Of a DNA stretch of 64,000 nt, positions 53,901 to 64,000 are shown one piece after another (the stretch's first letter is position 1; each line of letters opens with the position of its first letter). A model generated the notes under the pieces. The model had not been told where the DNA came from, did no database searches, and was given only the letters and a program-made list of their open reading frames with translations. Made by a program: the position numbers and the translations under genes. This stretch comes from Macrostomum lignano (lineage: Eukaryota): the NCBI GenBank assembly GCA_002269645.1, contig NIVC01000105.1:163992-227991 (forward strand), in the 5' to 3' direction.

Positions 53901-56900
53901 AGATCATTAGAATCACCTGTTAGATCATTAGAATCACCTGTTAGATAAATAAAAGCACCTGTTAGATATATAGAATCACCTGTTAGATAAATAGAATCAC
54001 CTGTTAGATAAATATAATCACCTGTTAGATAAATAGAATCACCTGTTAGATAAATAGAATAACCTGTTAGATAAATGGAATCACCTGTTAGATAAATAGA
54101 ATCACCTGTTAGATAAATAGAATCACCTGTTAGCCACATACCGCCACCACCCCCAGGTGTCGGACACCAGCGCCCAGCTGAAGCGGCAGAATGCGGACCT
54201 GACCGCAGCCCTGGAACAAGCAAAAACTCGCGAGGTCAAATTCGACCAGGAACGAGCGGCCGATGCAGAAAAAGCGGCCAAATCCCGGCGGGAGCTCGAA
54301 TCGAAAATGGACAAGCTGGTCAAGCAGTACGAGGCAACCGTTGACCAAGTGTCTAGCGCTAATAAAGCTTTGGAGGCCTCCAAACTGCAGCTGATGAAGG
54401 ATATTGAAGCTGCTAAGAAGAGTATTGAGCAACAGGAAGAGCTTATTAAACTGTTGGGTAAATCTTCCTACTTCCTACCTTCCCTCCTATAGATTTTCAG
54501 TATAGTGGATATAAAAAAGGGTTGTAAAATCTCTTAAAGTGTAAACCTACTAACAGTAGCATAATTTGCAAATTAATTGAAAAATTCGAAGCAAACTGAC
54601 TATAAAACACTTTTTGTCCAGATCGAGTAAAAAATCGAGTCAAGCAGGTGAGCAAACGAGACGACTTGAGCCTGGAGGATCTGGAACTGGCTGTGGGATC
54701 TGTGGGCGAACGATTGACAGACCTCACTGATCAGTTATGCCAAGCCAGAGAAGAAACCCAAGCGGCAGCTACGCAATGCGAAAATCTTGCCAGACAGAAC
54801 GAATCTCTTCAAGCCAAGCATCGAATGACGGCTGAGCGAGTTGCAGAGCTCTCTGCTGAGAATGAGCAGCTTAAAGAAGCCTTAGACGAACTGGAAGAGT
54901 TCAAGGATAATCATCGAAGCTCTGGTAAAGACTTGGAGAAGGAACTCGTGGCGGCTAAGATGCAGAATAAGGAATCTGAGGTAAGGATTTCGGTTGCTAG
55001 GGCCGCTTAAATAGTTGTCAAGGCCGCTAAATTAGTTGCTAGGGCCGCTAAATTAGTTGCTAGGATCGCTTAACTGGTCTAGGGACGCTACATTGGTTGT
55101 AAGACTTGTAAGGCTTAAATTGTTGCTAATGGGCCTGAACTTGTTGTTAGGCGCGTGTTAAAGGGGTTACTATGGTTACGAAATGTCTCGCGCTAAAGGT
55201 GACAAAGTGGTTTCTAGAGACGCTTAATTTGTTACTAGGATCACTAAATTGGTTGCTGAGCAGGCCACATGCCTTATTTTGTCGAGCATGATCGGTTAAA
55301 ATTTCAGATGCTAATCAAGACGCTAACAGAGGCCCAAGACAATCTCACTCTGTCTGTTCAGCGATTGAAATCTCAGGTGTCCGACTTGCAGACGTCGCTG
55401 CAAAAAAGCGAAGACGAGAAGCGACTGCTCATTGAGTATCCCGATCTCAATGGACCGGTTAACCAGGATGTGGAAGGTTTGTTTGGTAGCTTGGATCTTC
55501 GGTGTGAAGAGGGGGAGTATAAGAGGGTGAAAGAGTGAGTGAGGGTGAGGGAGGGTGAGAGAGTGAGAGGGTGAGTGAGTGTGAGGGAGGGTGAGAGAGT
55601 GAGTGAGGGTGAGGGAGTGAGTGAGGGTGAGGGAGTGAGAGGGTGAGGGAGTGAGGGTGAGGTAGTGAGTGAGTGAGGGTGAGGGAGTGAGTGAGGGTGA
55701 GGGAGTGAGAGGGTGAGGGAGTGAGGGTGAGGTAGTGAGTGAGTGAGGGTGAGGGAGTGAGTGAGGGTGAGGGAGTGAGTGAGGGTGAGGGAGTGAGAGG
55801 GTGAGGGAGTGAGTGAGGGTGAGGGAGTGAGAGGGTGAGGGAGTGAGTGAGGGTGAGGTAGTGAGTGAGTGAGGGTGAGGGAGTGAGTGAGGGTGAGGGA
55901 GTGAGAGGGTGAGGGAGTGAGGGTGAGGTAGTGAGTGAGTGAGGGTGAGGGAGTGAGTGAGGGTGAGGGAGTGAGAGGGTGAGGGAGTGAGGGTGAGGGA
56001 GTGAGTGAGGGTGAGGTAGTGAGTGAGTGAGGGTGAGGGAGTGAGTGAGGGTGAGGGAGTGAGAGGGTGAGGGAGTGAGGGTGAGGTAGTGAGTGAGTGA
56101 GGGTGAGGGAGTGAGTGAGGGTGAGGGAGTGAGAGGGTGAGGGAGTGAGGGTGAGGTAGTGAGTGAGGGTGAGGGAGTGAGGGAAGGTGAGAGAGTGAGA
56201 GAGTGAGGAGAGAGTGAGGGTGAGGGAGTGAGGGAGGGTGAGAGAGTGAGAGGGTGAGGGAGTGAGGGTGAGGTAGTGAGTGAGGGTGAGGGAGTGAGGG
56301 AAGGTGAGAGAGTGAGAGAGTGAGGAGAGAGTGAGGGTGAGGGAGTGAGGGAGGGTGAGAGAGTGAGAGGGTGAGGGAGTGAGGGTGAGGTAGTGAGTGA
56401 GGGTGAGGGAGTGAGGGAAGGTGAGGGAGTGAGGGTGAGGTAGTGAGTGAGTGAGGGTGAGGGAGTGAGTGAGGGTGAGGGAGTGAGAGGGTGAGGGAGT
56501 GAGGGTGAGGTAGTGAGTGAGGGTGAGGGAGTGAGTGAGGGTGAGGGAGTGAGAGAGGGTGAGGGAGTGAGGGTGAGGTAGTGAGAGAGTGAGGGTGAGG
56601 GAGTGAGTGAGGGTGAGGGAGTGAGAGGGTGAGGGAGTGAGGGTGAGGTAGTGAGTGAGGGTGAGGGAGTGAGGGAAGGTGAGAGAGTGAGAGAGTGAGG
56701 AGAGAGTGAGTGAGGGTGAGGGAGTGAGTGAGGGTGAGGGAGTGAGGGAAGGTGAGAGAGTGAGAGGGTGAGGGAGTGAGAGGGTGAGGGAGTGAGGGAA
56801 GGTGAGAGAGTGAGAGAGTGAGGAGAGAGTGAGTGAGGGTGAGGGAGTGAGTGAGGGTGAGGGAGTGAGAGGGTGAGGGAGTGAGGGTGAGGTAGTGAGT

Positions 56901-59900
56901 GAGGGTGAGGGAGTGAGTGAGGGTGAGGGAGTGAGAGGGTGAGGGAGTGAGGGTGAGGTAGTGAGTGAGTGAGGGTGAGGGAGTGAGTGAGGGTGAGGTA
57001 GTGAGTGAGGGTGAGGGAGTGAGAGGGTGAGGGAGTGAGAGGGTGAGGGAGTGAGGGTGAGGTAGTGAGTGAGTGAGGGTGAGGGAGTGAGTGAGGGTGA
57101 GGGAGTGAGAGGGTGAGGGAGTGAGGGTGAGGTAGTGAGTGAGGGTGAGGGAGTGAGGGAAGGTGAGAGAGTGAGAGAGTGAGGAGAGAGTGAGGGTGAG
57201 GGAGTGAGGGAGGGTGAGAGAGTGAGAGGGTGAGGGAGTGAGGGTGAGGTAGTGAGTGAGGGTGAGGGAGTGAGTGAGGGTGAGGGAGTGAGGGTGAGGG
57301 AGTGAGTGAGGGTGAGAGAGTGAGAGGGTGAGGGAGTGAGGGTGAGGAGAGAGTGAGGTTGAGGGAGTGAGGGAGGGTGAGGGAGTGAGGGTGAGGTAGT
57401 GAGAGAGTGAGGGTGAGGGAGTGAGTGAGGGTGAGAGAGTGAGAGGGTGAGGGAGTGAGGGTGAGGTAGTGAGTGAGGGTGAGGGAGTGAGGGAAGGTGA
57501 GAGAGTGAGAGAGTGAGGAGAGAGTGAGGGTGAGGGAGTGAGGGAGGGTGAGAGAGTGAGAGGGTGAGGGAGTGAGGGTGAGGTAGTGAGTGAGGGTGAG
57601 GGAGTGAGTGAGGGTGAGGGAGTGAGAGGGTGAGGGAGTGAGTGAGGGTGAGGGAGGGTGAGAGAGTGAGTGAGGGTGAGGGAGTGAGTGAGGGTGAGGG
57701 AGTGAGAGGGTGAGGGAGTGTGAGAGAGTGAGAGGGTAAGTGAGTGTGAGGGAGGGTGAGAGAGTGAGTGAGGGTGAGGGAGTGAGAGGGTGAGGGAGGG
57801 TGAGAGAGTGAGAGGGTGAGTGAGTGTGAGGGAGGGTGAGAGAGTGAGTGAGGGTGAGGGAGTGAGTGAGGGTGAGGGAGTGAGAGGGTGAGGGAGTGAG
57901 GGTGAGGTAGTGAGTGAGTGAGGGTGAGGGAGTGAGTGAGGGTGAGGGAGTGAGAGGGTGAGGGAGTGAGGGTGAGGTAGTGAGTGAGTGAGGGTGAGGG
58001 AGTGAGTGAGGGTGAGGGAGTGAGAGAGTGAGGGAGTGAGGGTGAGGTAGTGAGTGAGGGTGAGGGAGTGAGTGAAGGTGAGAGAGTGAGGGAGTGAGTG
58101 AGGGTGAGAGAGTGAGAGGGTGAGGGAGTGAGGGTGAGGAGAGAGTGAGGTTGAGGGAGTGAGGGAGGGTGAGGGAGTGAGGGTGAGGTAGTGAGAGAGT
58201 GAGGGTGAGGGAGTGAGTGAGGGTGAGGGAGTGAGAGGGTGAGGGAGTGAGGGTGAGGTAGTGAGTGAGGGTGAGGGAGTGAGGGAAGGTGAGAGAGTGA
58301 GAGAGTGAGGAGAGAGTGAGTGAGGGTGAGGGAGTGAGTGAGGGTGAGGGAGTGAGGGAAGGTGAGAGAGTGAGAGGGTGAGGGAGTGAGAGGGTGAGGG
58401 AGTGAGGGAAGGTGAGAGAGTGAGAGAGTGAGGAGAGAGTGAGTGAGGGTGAGGGAGTGAGTGAGGGTGAGGGAGTGAGAGGGTGAGGGAGTGAGGGTGA
58501 GGTAGTGAGTGAGGGTGAGGGAGTGAGTGAGGGTGAGGGAGTGAGAGGGTTAGGGAGTGAGGGTGAGGTAGTGAGTGAGTGAGGGTGAGGGAGTGAGTGA
58601 GGGTGAGGGAGTGAGAGGGTGAGGGAGTGAGGGTGAGGTAGTGAGTGAGTGAGGGTGAGGGAGTGAGTGAGGGTGAGGGAGTGAGAGGGTGAGGGAGTGA
58701 GGGTGAGGTAGTGAGTGAGGGTGAGGGAGTGAGTGAGGGTGAGGGAGTGAGAGGGTGAGGGAGTGAGTGAGGGTGAGGGAGTGAGTGAGGGTGAGGGAGT
58801 GAGTGAGGGTGAGGGAGTGAGTGAGGGTGAGGGAGTGAGAGGGTGAGGGAGTGAGTGAGGGTGAGGTAGTGAGTGAGGGTGAGAGAGTGAGAGGGTGAGG
58901 GAGTGAGGGTGAGGAGAGAGTGAGGTTGAGGGAGTGAGGGAGGGTGAGGGAGTGAGAGGGTGAGGGAGTGAGGGTGAGGTAGTGAGTGAGGGTGAGGGAG
59001 TGAGGGAAGGTGAGAGAGTGAGAGAGTGAGGAGAGAGTGAGTGAGGGTGAGGGAGTGAGTGAGGGTGAGGGAGTGAGAGGGTGAGGGAGTGAGTGAGGGT
59101 GAGGGAGTGAGTGAGGGTGAGGGAGTGAGTGAGGGTGAGGGAGTGAGTGAGGGTGAGGGAGTGAGAGGGTGAGGGAGTGAGTGAGGGTGAGGTAGTGAGT
59201 GAGGGTGAGAGAGTGAGAGGGTGAGGGAGTGAGGGTGAGGAGAGAGTGAGGTTGAGGGAGTGAGGGAGGGTGAGGGAGTGAGGGTGAGGTAGTGAGAGAG
59301 TGAGGGTGAGGGAGTGAGTGAGGGTGAGGGAGTGAGAGGGTGAGGGAGTGAGGGTGAGGTAGTGAGTGAGGGTGAGGGAGTGAGGGAAGGTGAGAGAGTG
59401 AGAGAGTGAGGAGAGATTGAGTGAGGGTGAGGGAGTGAGTGAGGGTGAGGGAGTGAGGGAAGGTGAGAGAGTGAGAGGGTGAGGGAGTGAGAGGGTGAGG
59501 GAGTGAGGGAAGGTGAGAGAGTGAGTGAGGGTGAGGGAGTGAGTGAGGGTGAGGGAGTGAGAGGGTGAGGGAGTTAGGGTGAGGTAGTGAGTGAGGGTGA
59601 GGGAATGAGTGAGGGTGAGGGAGTGAGAGGGTGAGGGAGTGAGTGAGGGTGAGGTAGTGAGTGAGGGTGAGGGAGTGAGAGGGTGAGGGAGTGAGAGGGT
59701 GAGGGAGTGAGGGTGAGGTAGTGAGTGAGGGTGAGGGAGTGAGTGAGGGTGAGGGAGTGAGAGGGTGAGGGAGTGAGTGAGGGTGAGGGAGTGAGTTAGG
59801 GTGAGGGAGTGAGTGAGGGTGAGGGAGTGAGAGGGTGAGGGAGTGAGTGAGGGTGAGGTAGTGAGTGAGGGTGAGGGAGTGAGTGAGGGTGAGGGAGTGA

Positions 59901-62900
59901 GAGGGTGAGGGAGTGAGTGAGGGTGAGGGAGTGAGTGAGGGTGAGGTAGTGAGTGAGGGTGAGGGAGTGAGTGAGGGTGAGGGAGTGAGAGGGTGAGGGA
60001 GTGAGTGAGGGTGAGGGAGTGAGTGAGGGTGAGGGAGTGAGAGGGTGAGGGAGTGAGTGAGGGTGAGAGAGTGAGAGGGTGAGGGAGTGAGGGTGAGGAG
60101 AGAGTGAGGTTGAGGGAGTGAGGGAGGGTGAGGGAGTGAGTGAGGGTGAGAGAGTGAGAGGGTGTGGGAGTGAGTGAAAGGGTGGAGGAGCCATGTAGCC
60201 AATACAGGTGGCAAACAAAGACGATAGAATTCAGCCATTGTGAAATTTTTTGATAGATGAAAAATAGAATCAGTCAATTTCAATTTTAAAACCAGTCGAG
60301 ATAAAATTTCTGACAATGAAGCAGATAAAAATTAAATGGATTCTGACTCTTTGGAACAGACAATGATGATTTCAATTAAACTATTCATCCGGTTCCCGGA
60401 CTACAGAAGCATGTAGCATGAAAATTTGTGCAAACAGTGCAAATTACAACTGGCAAATTTTGTTGGATGCGTGTTTTAAATGCGAAATGCATTTGCGAGG
60501 AAAGAGGATAAAAGAGAAAAGAGGATAGAGGAGAGGAGAGATTAGAGGAGAGTAGAAAAGAGAGGCGAGGATACAGTAGAAAGAGTTAGAAAATATCGTT
60601 AACTGTCTAGAAGTGTACATTTTGAAGCAAAGTAAAAGCAATAAGACTGTTAAAGCTTTCTCTCCAAAGCTTTAGGCCGGATATTTTGTGCTTAAAATTG
60701 GAACAAAGAAACTTTCACTTTAATTATCCCTTTGCTTAAGCCTAATTGCCCCATTTAACCTCACGTGACCTGAAGGCACAGGCGACCCGCTAGCGGACAT
60801 GCGACAGCAGGTATTCGCCAACGAGACACGAATCAGATTATTGACTGAGCAAACTTCGAGCATGAGGCGAGCGCTGGAAAGAGTTGGCAAGAGGCCTGAG
60901 TTGCCAGCTAGCAGCGAACAGGTGGATCAGCATGAGGATGACAGCATGCACCTGCCTCCCATTCACCAGCCCGTGTCGAAGCCTCCGCCAGCACCTGCGG
61001 CAGCTCGGCAAGGCGCTTGGCAACAAAAACAGCAGCCTCATCAGGCGGCATTTCAAGCTGGAAAAGATGTAGAGGACGAGCGGAGGTGCGTGGGTTGATT
61101 GCTCACCCACTGTTGCGATGAATTGTCTTGTGGGAAATCAATTATTACAGGATCAGAAAATTATAACACGAATCAAAACACGAGGAGGGGAATCAAGACA
61201 CAGGGAGGGGAATCAAGACACCAGGAGGGGAATCAAGACACCAGGAGGGGAATCAAGACACCAGGAGGGGAATCAAGACACCAGGAGGGGAATCAAGACA
61301 CCAGGAGGGGAATCAAGACACCAGGAGGGGAATCAAGACACCAGGAGGGGAATCAAGACACCAGGAGGGGAATCAAGACACCAGGAGGGGAATCAAGACA
61401 CCAGGAGGGGAATCAAGACACCAGGAGGGGAATCAAGACACCAGGAGGGGAATCAAGACACCAGGAGGGGAATCAAGACCCAGGGAGGGGAATCAAGACA
61501 CCAGGAGGGGAATCAAGACACCAGGAGGGGAATCAAGACACCAGGAGGGGAATCAAGACACAGGGAGGGGAATCAAGACACCAGTAGGGGAATCAAGACA
61601 CGAGGAGGGGAATCAAGACACCAGGAGGGGAATCAAGACACCAGGAGGGGAATCAAGACACCAGGAGGGGAATCAAGACACCAGGAGGGGAATCAAGACA
61701 CCAGTAGGGGAATCAAGACACGAGGAGGGGAATCAAGACACCAGGAGGGGAATCAAGACACCAGGAGGGGAATCAAGACACCAGGAGGGGAATCAAGACA
61801 CCAGGAGGGGAATCAAGACACCAGGAGGGGAATCAAGACACCAGGAGGGGAATCAAAACACAGGGAGGGGAATCAAGACACCAGGAGGGGAATCAAGACA
61901 CCAGGAGGGGAATCAAGACACCAGGAGGGGAATCAAGACACCAGGAGGGGAATCAAGACACCAGGAGGGGAATCAAGACACCAGGAGGGGAATCAAGACA
62001 CCAGGAGGGGAATCAAGACACCAGGAGGGGAATCAAGACACCAGGAGGGGAATCAAGACACCAGGAGGGGAATCAAGACACCAGGAGGGGAATCAAGACA
62101 CCAGGAGGGGAATCAAGACACCAGGAGGGGAATCAAGACACCAGGAGGGGAATCAAGACACCAGGAGGGGAATCAAGACACCAGGAGGGGAATCAAGACA
62201 CCAGGAGGGGAATCAAGACCCAGGGAGGGGAATCAAGACACCAGGAGGGGAATCAAGACACCAGGAGGGGAATCAAGACACCAGGAGGGGAATCAAGACA
62301 CAGGAGGGGAATCAAGACACCAGTAGGGGAATCAAGACACGAGGAGGGGAATCAAGACACCAGGAGGGGAATCAAGACACCAGGAGGGGAATCAAGACAT
62401 CAGGAGGGGAATCAAGACACCAGGAGGGGAATCAAGACACCAGGAGGGGAATCAAGACACCAGGAGGGGAATCAAGACACCAGGAGGGGAATCAAGACAC
62501 CAGGAGGGGAATCAAGACACCAGGAGGGGAATCAAGACACCAGGAGGGGAATCAAGACACCAGGAGGGGAATCAAGACACCAGGAGGGGAATCAAGACAC
62601 CAGGAGGGGAATCAAGACCCAGGGAGGGGAATCAAGACACCAGGAGGGGAATCAAGACACCAGGAGGGGAATCAAGACACCAGGAGGGGAATCAAGACAC
62701 AGGGAGGGGAATCAAGACACCAGTAGGGGAATCAAGACACGAGGAGGGGAATCAAGACACCAGGAGGGGAATCAAGACACCAGGAGGGGAATCAAGACAC
62801 CAGGAGGGGAATCAAGACACCAGGAGGGGAATCAAGACACAGGGAGGGGAATCAAGACACCAGGAGGGGAATCAAGACACCAGGAGGGGAATCAAGACAC

Positions 62901-64000
62901 CAGGAGGGGAATCAAGACACCAGGAGGGGAATCAAGACCCAGGAGGGGAATCAAGACACCAGGAGGGGAATCAAGACACCAGGAGGGGAATCAAGACACC
63001 AGGAGGGGAATCAAGACACAGGGAGGGGAATCAAGACACCAGTAGGGGAATCAAGACACGAGGAGGGGAATCAAGACACAGGGAGGGAATCAAGACACCA
63101 GGAGGGGAATCAAGACACAGAGAGGGGAATCAAGACACAGGGAGGGGAATCAAGACACCAGTAGGGGAATCAAGACACAGGGAGGGGAATCAAGACACCA
63201 GGAGGGGAATCAAGACACCAGGAGGGGAATCAAGACACCAGGAGGGGAATCAAGACACCAGGAGGGAATCAAGACACAGGGAGGGGAATCAAGACACCAG
63301 GAGGGGAATCAAGACACAGGGAGGGGAATCAAGACACAGGGAGGGGAATCAAGACACAGGGAGGGGAATCAAGATACCAGGAGGGGAATCAAGACACAGG
63401 GAGGGGAATCAAGGCACAGGGAGGGGAATCAAGACACAGGGAGGGGAATCAAGATACCAGTAGGGGAATCAAGACACCAGTAGGGGAATCAAGACACCAG
63501 TAGGGGAATCAAGACACCAGGAGGGGAATCAAGACACCAGGAGGGGAATCAAGACACCAGGAGGGGAATCAAGACACCAGGAGGGGAATCAAGACACCAG
63601 AAGGGGAATCAAGACACCAGTAAGGGAATCAAGACACAAGGAGGGGAATCAAGACACAAGTAGGGGAATCAAGACACCATTTATCTCCCATAAATCCCAT
63701 TTCGTAAAAAAAAACAATTTCAGCGACTCAGACTCATCAAGCCATCAGGAGCAGCCGTTTGGCTCCCGTCAGTCAGCCAGAAGAATTTCAGATCCGGTGC
63801 CTCTGTGGCAGCTTCAGCGACAACAACAACAACAGCAAGAACATCAGCAGCAGGCTCATTCCAGACCACCTCAGATGCCTTCAGACCAAGCCAAGCGCAG
63901 CGGCAGCGCCGGCCGCCCCAACTCTGCCGCCAGCGGCGCCGCCAAAGGCGCCAACAGCGGGAACTCCTCGACATCAGCTCTGCAAGCCTACAAGCGGGCT
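47987..64000 (+). CDS. CCDC157: Coiled-coil domain-containing protein 157, 3'-partial; exons 47987-48234, 52047-52224, 52676-53050, 54157-54457, 54622-54980, 55308-55476, 60776(or 60782)-61085, 63724->64000
   Basis: N-terminus [10 protein letters not shown]...[17 protein letters not shown]...[12 protein letters not shown] matches the recalled CCDC157 N-terminus; later [24 protein letters not shown] and [16 protein letters not shown] also match. All seven introns are GT-AG with compatible phases (2,0,0,1,0,1,2). The last exon is open to the window end. Confidence 0.9.
48268..51935. repeat. 20-bp minisatellite CAGGTA(T/C)TCACTTCAGGACA filling CCDC157 intron 1
   Basis: About 180 copies, with higher-order blocks. 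Confidence 0.98.
52310..52565. repeat. Degenerate ~22-bp GGCGCCAATTTCAGTATCAAAA array in CCDC157 intron 2
   Basis: About 11 diverged copies. Confidence 0.85.
53057..54133. repeat. 21-bp minisatellite AATCACCTGTTAGATAAATAG filling CCDC157 intron 3
   Basis: About 51 copies, running from ~6 bp after the donor to ~23 bp before the acceptor. Confidence 0.97.
54995..55085. repeat. Short degenerate 21-bp array TAGGGCCGCTAAATTAGTTGC in CCDC157 intron 5
   Basis: About 4 copies starting just after the donor. Confidence 0.75.
55533..60180. repeat. 4.6-kb C-free (GAGGGT/GAGGGAGT/GAGT)n compound satellite in CCDC157 intron 6
   Basis: + strand is almost entirely G/A/T; larger duplicated blocks are visible. 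Confidence 0.98.
61175..63678. repeat. 20-bp minisatellite CCAGGAGGGGAATCAAGACA filling CCDC157 intron 7
   Basis: About 125 copies, highly homogeneous. Confidence 0.98.

Noticed and set aside
61086-61098. CCDC157 ending at the TGA at 61098
   Set aside because: A phase-2 donor at 61086 matches an acceptor at 63723 followed by an exon open to the window end, so the gene more likely continues. A short isoform is not excluded.

Overview
Eukaryotic (metazoan invertebrate) genomic DNA; no prokaryotic operons or CRISPR arrays. GC/CpG-rich exons sit in AT-rich spacers packed with tandem repeats. By hand I could assemble nine protein-coding genes, the spliced ones with phase-consistent GT-AG junctions: a 3'-partial Amt ammonium transporter (-), a TGN38/TGOLN2-like type-I membrane protein with ~105 in-frame KASGEKSDTA repeats (-), a secreted PAN/apple-like + Thr-rich protein (+), a tri-ubiquitin with TATA/HSE/CRE promoter (-), an FMRFamide-receptor-like GPCR (-), a sigma-class GST (-), a GPI-type Ly6/quiver-like protein (-), and an 8-exon 3'-partial CCDC157 (+); that is eight recognisable genes, with a possible further set of orphan minus-strand exons. 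There is also tRNA-Arg(TCG) and a MITE-like foldback. The dominant feature is ~30 tandem arrays (4-43 bp units). Almost every intron over ~300 bp carries its own array, several of these units carry splice-site-like motifs on the sense strand, and the families share a small set of core words (GGCGCC, AATCTCA, GACAC, CACCTG). Most long ORFs in the supplied track are repeat artefacts. Exon models and array boundaries are manual (array ends approximate, about +/-20 bp), and homology calls rest on recognised motifs, not database searches.
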